Of a DNA stretch of 64,000 nt, positions 60,341 to 64,000 are shown one piece after another. This DNA is from an uncultured Chloroflexia bacterium (lineage in GTDB: Bacteria; Chloroflexota; Limnocylindria; Limnocylindrales; CSP1-4): assembly GCA_963813535.1 (NCBI GenBank), contig CAWEZH010000002.1, positions 1,952,001-2,016,000 on the forward strand. The letters run 5' to 3'. Position numbers and translations under genes: made by a program. Numbering within the stretch: position 1 is the stretch's first letter; every line of letters begins with the position of its first letter. The notes under the pieces are model-generated. The model was not told where the DNA came from, did no database searches, and saw only the letters and a program-made list of their open reading frames with translations.

Positions 60341-61566
60341 GAGGCCTCGTCCGATTTCTCCTTGTCGCTGTCCTCGTCGCCGGCTGCGCCAACGGCCCGA
60401 TCCTGGCCAACCCACCGGCACCTCGGCCGTCGATCCCGCCACCGCAGGAAGCGCCGGCGCCGGTCGAGGATCCGGTGCCCGTCGTCCTGCCACGGGACGA
60501 CGCGCCGCACGATCGACTGACCGAGTGGTGGTACTACACGGGCCACCTCGTGGGGCATCAGTCCGATGTCGGCCTCGTCCAGGATCCCTATTCGCTCCCG
60601 GGGCCGCGGTACGGCTTCGAGTTCGTGGTCTTCCGCGCCGAGCGGGGTGGCTTCCCGACGACCTGGGCGTCCCATTTCGCCCTCACCGACGAGACCGAGG
60701 GTCGCTTCCACTACGCGCAGCGGCTCGAGGTCGGCGAGGCGGTCGATCGCTCGGCGCTGACGACGGACGGCACGTCCCAGGGATTCGACTTCGAGCTGAT
60801 CGGGGCCGATCCGACACGACCATCCACCCTCGACCGACCACCGTGGAAGATGACCGGCTGGAACGGATCGGACCGCCTGCGCGTGACCCTCTCGCCCGAT
60901 GAGGCCGCAGCCGCGGGCGTTCCGTCCCTGTCGCTCGGACTCACCCTGTCCAGCCGCAAGCCGCCGGCCCTCCACGACGGCGACGGCTGGATCGACTTCG
61001 GACCGGGCGGCGGCTCCTATTACTACTCCCGGACGGACATGGCGGCGGAGGGCGTGCTGGCGTTGGGCGACGCCACGTACGACGTCGACGGCACGGGCTG
61101 GTTCGACCACCAGTGGGGCGACTTCGTCAGCGTCGGCGGTGGCGGCTGGGATTGGTTCGCGGTCAACCTCGAGGACGGTACGGACCTCACCCTCTCCCTG
61201 GTCCGCAACGTGGACGGCACCTACCCGTTGATCTACGGCACGCTGGTCGCGCCGAACGGCACGACTCGCCACCTCGAGCGCGACGAGTTCCAGGTGACGA
61301 CGACCGGCAGCTGGACCAGCCCGAAGACGGGCGCTGTCTACCCGTCGGGCTGGTCGATCGCGATCCCCGGTGAGGGCCTGGCGATCGATCTCACGCCGAC
61401 CGTCGCTGACCAGGAGCTCGACACGCGGGCAACGACAGGCGTCGTCTACTGGGAGGGGTCGCAGGCGGTGCGCGCTACGCGGGACGGGCGGTCAGTGGCC
61501 GGCCAGGCGTATGTCGAGCTGACCGGCTACGCGCCAGCGGGGTTGGCACCCGCTCCGGCGCCCTAG
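60337..61566 (+). CDS. CrtC/AttH-like lipocalin-fold lipoprotein (carotenoid 1,2-hydratase family)
   Basis: Lipobox LVAGC; H..TEWWYYTG, SYYYS, WFDHQWG, GWDWF, DQEL..YWEG, YVELTGY; GTGA overlap with MMPL. Confidence 0.88.
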   Translation: MRGLVRFLLVAVLVAGCANGPILANPPAPRPSIPPPQEAPAPVEDPVPVVLPRDDAPHDRLTEWWYYTGHLVGHQSDVGLVQDPYSLPGPRYGFEFVVFRAERGGFPTTWASHFALTDETEGRFHYAQRLEVGEAVDRSALTTDGTSQGFDFELIGADPTRPSTLDRPPWKMTGWNGSDRLRVTLSPDEAAAAGVPSLSLGLTLSSRKPPALHDGDGWIDFGPGGGSYYYSRTDMAAEGVLALGDATYDVDGTGWFDHQWGDFVSVGGGGWDWFAVNLEDGTDLTLSLVRNVDGTYPLIYGTLVAPNGTTRHLERDEFQVTTTGSWTSPKTGAVYPSGWSIAIPGEGLAIDLTPTVADQELDTRATTGVVYWEGSQAVRATRDGRSVAGQAYVELTGYAPAGLAPAPAP

Positions 61567-61570
61567 GCGA

Positions 61571-62347
61571 TCAGGGCGTCGCGATCAGCGGCGGCAGGTC
61601 GACGTTCGCCGTCGCGGCAAGGGCGCGCGAGGCCTTGTCGAGATCCTTGAGTCGGTCGAGGACGAGGAGCATCCGCCGGCCCGCATCGCGATAGGCCGTC
61701 TTGTTGGTGATCGACGCCGAGAGTCCCTGGTCGGCCACGCGTCCGATCGACGCATAGAAGGACGCCAGGCTCTTCGCCACACCGATGCCATCGGACCAGG
61801 TGGCGACATCCGAGGCGACGCCGCCGGCGAAGCCCGACGTCCAGGCGAGACTTCGGAGGAGCGGCGCGATCTCGGCAGCACCCGACCCGGTCGAGGCCAT
61901 GCGGCGTCGGAGGCGGTCGGCGTCGGCCAGCAGTCGCTGGTTCACGAGCGTGGACTGCCGCAACGCCGAGGTGGCGGCCCGTGGGACGGTCGTGTCGACC
62001 GGCACCGGGCCGGCTGTCTGACCAGGGGCAAGGGACGGGACGACCGCGGCGGGCGGCTGGACCGTCGCAGCGGTGGGACCGGCGAGCAGTGCCAGCGCCC
62101 CCAGCATCCCGACACCGAGGGTGATCCCGACCGCCAGGCCCATGCCGATGAACCCGCTCACCTTGAGTAGGGGGACGCCGGCCACCAGGCGGGTGCGACA
62201 GCCGGGGCATCGGGACACGCCGACTGCCAGTGGGCGTGTGCACCGAGGGCACAGGAAGATGTTGGAGTCCGTCGCCCCGATCGGGTACGCGTCGAGTGCA
62301 GGTTCGTGCGGTCGCTCGGGCTGACCCGGCATGGCGTCGATCGTCAT
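61571..62347 (-). CDS. Hypothetical membrane protein with N-terminal zinc ribbon
   Basis: CPRC...CPGC, one TM, Pro-rich linker, helical C-domain; start uncertain. Confidence 0.65.
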   Translation of the reverse strand: MTIDAMPGQPERPHEPALDAYPIGATDSNIFLCPRCTRPLAVGVSRCPGCRTRLVAGVPLLKVSGFIGMGLAVGITLGVGMLGALALLAGPTAATVQPPAAVVPSLAPGQTAGPVPVDTTVPRAATSALRQSTLVNQRLLADADRLRRRMASTGSGAAEIAPLLRSLAWTSGFAGGVASDVATWSDGIGVAKSLASFYASIGRVADQGLSASITNKTAYRDAGRRMLLVLDRLKDLDKASRALAATANVDLPPLIATP

Positions 62348-62436
62348 GACGACAGCAGTCTGCGGCGGTGCGGTGCACAAAGAAGTCCGACGAAGGTCCT
62401 TGCCCGGGCGGTACCCACGCCACATCGTCTCGACTC

Positions 62437-62466
62437 TGGACAACCGATACTGAGACTCAGTATCAT
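62437..62466 (+). promoter_or_regulatory. Promoter with a perfect 19-bp Fur-box-like operator
   Basis: TGGACA (62437)-18 nt-TATCAT (62461); GATACTGAG-A-CTCAGTATC at 62446-62464. Confidence 0.85.
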
Positions 62467-62475
62467 CTTCGCTGG

Positions 62476-62910
62476 ATGACCGAGCCGACGACGCTGCAGG
62501 CCGCACTCGACGACGCCGGATATCGCCGGACCGGCGCCCGGAGGTCGATCGCCGACCTCATCGCCGCGAAGCGTGGTCCGTTCACCGCGGCCGATCTGGT
62601 CGAAGACGCCCGCGCTCGTCGCCTGGGCATCGGCCGCGCGACGATCTTCCGAACGCTGGACGTCCTGGCCGACTTGCACGCCGTCGAACGACTCGACCTG
62701 CCGACCGGCGAGCACGCCTACGTCGCGTGCGAGCCCGTCCACCACCACCACGTCGTCTGCTCGAACTGCGGAGCCAGCCGGGACGTGGACGATGCCGGCT
62801 GGCGCGCGGTCGTGAGCGATATCGAGCGGCGGACCGGCTACCGGATCGACGACCACCGACTGGAGCTGTTCGGGCGCTGCCCCGACTGCCAGAGGAGCAG
62901 GGTCGACTGA
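62476..62910 (+). CDS. Fur family transcriptional regulator
   Basis: RRTGARR, IGRATIFRTL, HHHHVVCSNCG, HRLELFGRCPDC. Confidence 0.95.
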   Translation: MTEPTTLQAALDDAGYRRTGARRSIADLIAAKRGPFTAADLVEDARARRLGIGRATIFRTLDVLADLHAVERLDLPTGEHAYVACEPVHHHHVVCSNCGASRDVDDAGWRAVVSDIERRTGYRIDDHRLELFGRCPDCQRSRVD

Positions 62911-63665
62911 TGCCGATCGCCGCCCTGGCCGTGTCGTTCGGCGCGTTCGCCTCGGCGCTCCTCGGCGGCTGGCTGGCGCTGCGCGCCGTCCGCTACGTGG
63001 GGGTGATCATCGCGGCCGGTGCCGGCATCCGGATCGGGGCGGCATTCTTCGACCTCATCCCGGAGTCGATCGAGCACATCGGCTCCATCGATACGGCGAT
63101 GGTGGTGATCGCAGCGGGCTTCCTGGCGTTCTACGCGGTCGACAAGGTGACCTCGCTCCATGTCGGCCATGAGACCGCGGCCGAGCTCGACCATGACGCC
63201 GCGACCCACCAGCACATCGGCGTCGTCGGGGCCACCGGCATGGGCATCCACAGCTTCCTCGACGGCGTGGCGCTCGCTGCGGGACTGGCGGCCGGTGGCG
63301 GGCTGGGCGTGATCATCGCCACGGTCGTCATCGTGCACCGCTTCAGCGACGGCATCGGCGTGGTCAGCTTCCTGCTCGCCAGCCGGGCGCCCGCCGACAC
63401 CACCTGGCGCTGGGTGCTCCTGGTCGCCGCGGCACCGGTCGCCGGCGTGTTGATCGGCTCGCTGTTCACCGTTCCCGATGTCGTCCTCGGGGGGATCCTC
63501 GGCTTCTTCGCGGGATTCTTCCTGTACGTCGGCGCGGCCGAGCTCCTGCCGGAGGCGCACCGGCGAGGCGGATCGATGCAGGTGGTCGTGGCGACGCTCG
63601 GCGGCGCGCTCGCGATCTACCTGTTCTCTGTCGCGGTAGGCGCCATCGGGATCGAGGCGCACTAG
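62910..63665 (+). CDS. ZIP family divalent metal transporter
   Basis: DLIPE, His-rich loop, HSFLDG, HRFSDG, ELLPEAH; 1-nt overlap with the Fur gene. Confidence 0.9.
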   Translation: MPIAALAVSFGAFASALLGGWLALRAVRYVGVIIAAGAGIRIGAAFFDLIPESIEHIGSIDTAMVVIAAGFLAFYAVDKVTSLHVGHETAAELDHDAATHQHIGVVGATGMGIHSFLDGVALAAGLAAGGGLGVIIATVVIVHRFSDGIGVVSFLLASRAPADTTWRWVLLVAAAPVAGVLIGSLFTVPDVVLGGILGFFAGFFLYVGAAELLPEAHRRGGSMQVVVATLGGALAIYLFSVAVGAIGIEAH

Positions 63666-63682
63666 CGGGGCATGACCGCTCT

Positions 63683-64000
63683 CTACGAGCCGGTGACGAA
63701 CTCCCCGCCGTCGACGCTGATGATGTCGCCGTTGATGAACTCGGTGCCGTCGCCGGACAGCGCGAGGATCGCGTTCGCGACGTCCTGCGGCGTCGTCATC
63801 CGGCCGGTCGGGTTCCGCTTCATCGTGATGTCGATCATCGTCTGCGACTCGGGGATCTTGAGCAGCGCCGGCGTCACCGTGACTCCCGCCCGGATGCAGT
63901 TCGCCGTCACGCCAGTCCCATTACGAGCCAGCTCCATGGCGAGCTGGCGGATGTGCGACTCGAGGGCGGCCTTCGCCGACGACACGACGCCATAGGACGG
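63683..64000 (-). CDS. SDR oxidoreductase, enoyl-ACP reductase (FabL/FabI)-like, 5' part outside window
   Basis: YGVVSSAKAALE (Yx6K), ANCIRAG, GRMTTPQDVA, INGDIISVDGG. Confidence 0.85.
   Translation of the reverse strand, partial: PSYGVVSSAKAALESHIRQLAMELARNGTGVTANCIRAGVTVTPALLKIPESQTMIDITMKRNPTGRMTTPQDVANAILALSGDGTEFINGDIISVDGGEFVTGS

Overview
Gene-dense, uniformly GC-rich bacterial DNA with about 60 real CDS. Most of the long ORFs in the supplied track are antisense or off-frame shadows. Gene content and style suggest a soil or freshwater Chloroflexota genome (inference only). No rRNA, tRNA, CRISPR array or mobile element was recognised. Layout: (1) 1-19 kb, a methylated-amine/betaine island: a split corrinoid methyl-transfer module (RACo/ASKHA activator, methyl-THF:corrinoid methyltransferase, 'virulence factor' domain protein, DUF1638, corrinoid protein) with a divergent IclR regulator and tandem palindromic operator, ETF alpha/beta, two GcvT-type dimethylglycine/sarcosine dehydrogenases, betaine-aldehyde dehydrogenase and a ProU-type ABC transporter. 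(2) 19-24 kb, a second ABC importer plus HAD hydrolase behind a structured leader. (3) A 1322-aa protein with several GAF domains, two GGDEF domains and one EAL domain. (4) Housekeeping/accessory genes: BI-1, DUF59, DUF433, GNATs, pabB/pabC-like, DmpA, B12 radical SAM, rhodanese, and an S41 protease lacking the canonical Lys. (5) 42.8-51.3 kb, a tightly coupled seven-gene amine/amino-acid catabolic operon of unknown substrate. (6) MFS, SHOCT/DUF6325, lysine 2,3-aminomutase, a membrane spermidine-synthase-like protein, MMPL plus a CrtC/AttH-like lipoprotein, and a Fur-family regulator plus ZIP transporter with a perfect 19-bp operator. At least three single-base frameshifts and one suspicious TGA suggest consensus errors in the assembly. 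Six genes show a clear leaderless-promoter signature. All family assignments come from motif recognition, not database searches.
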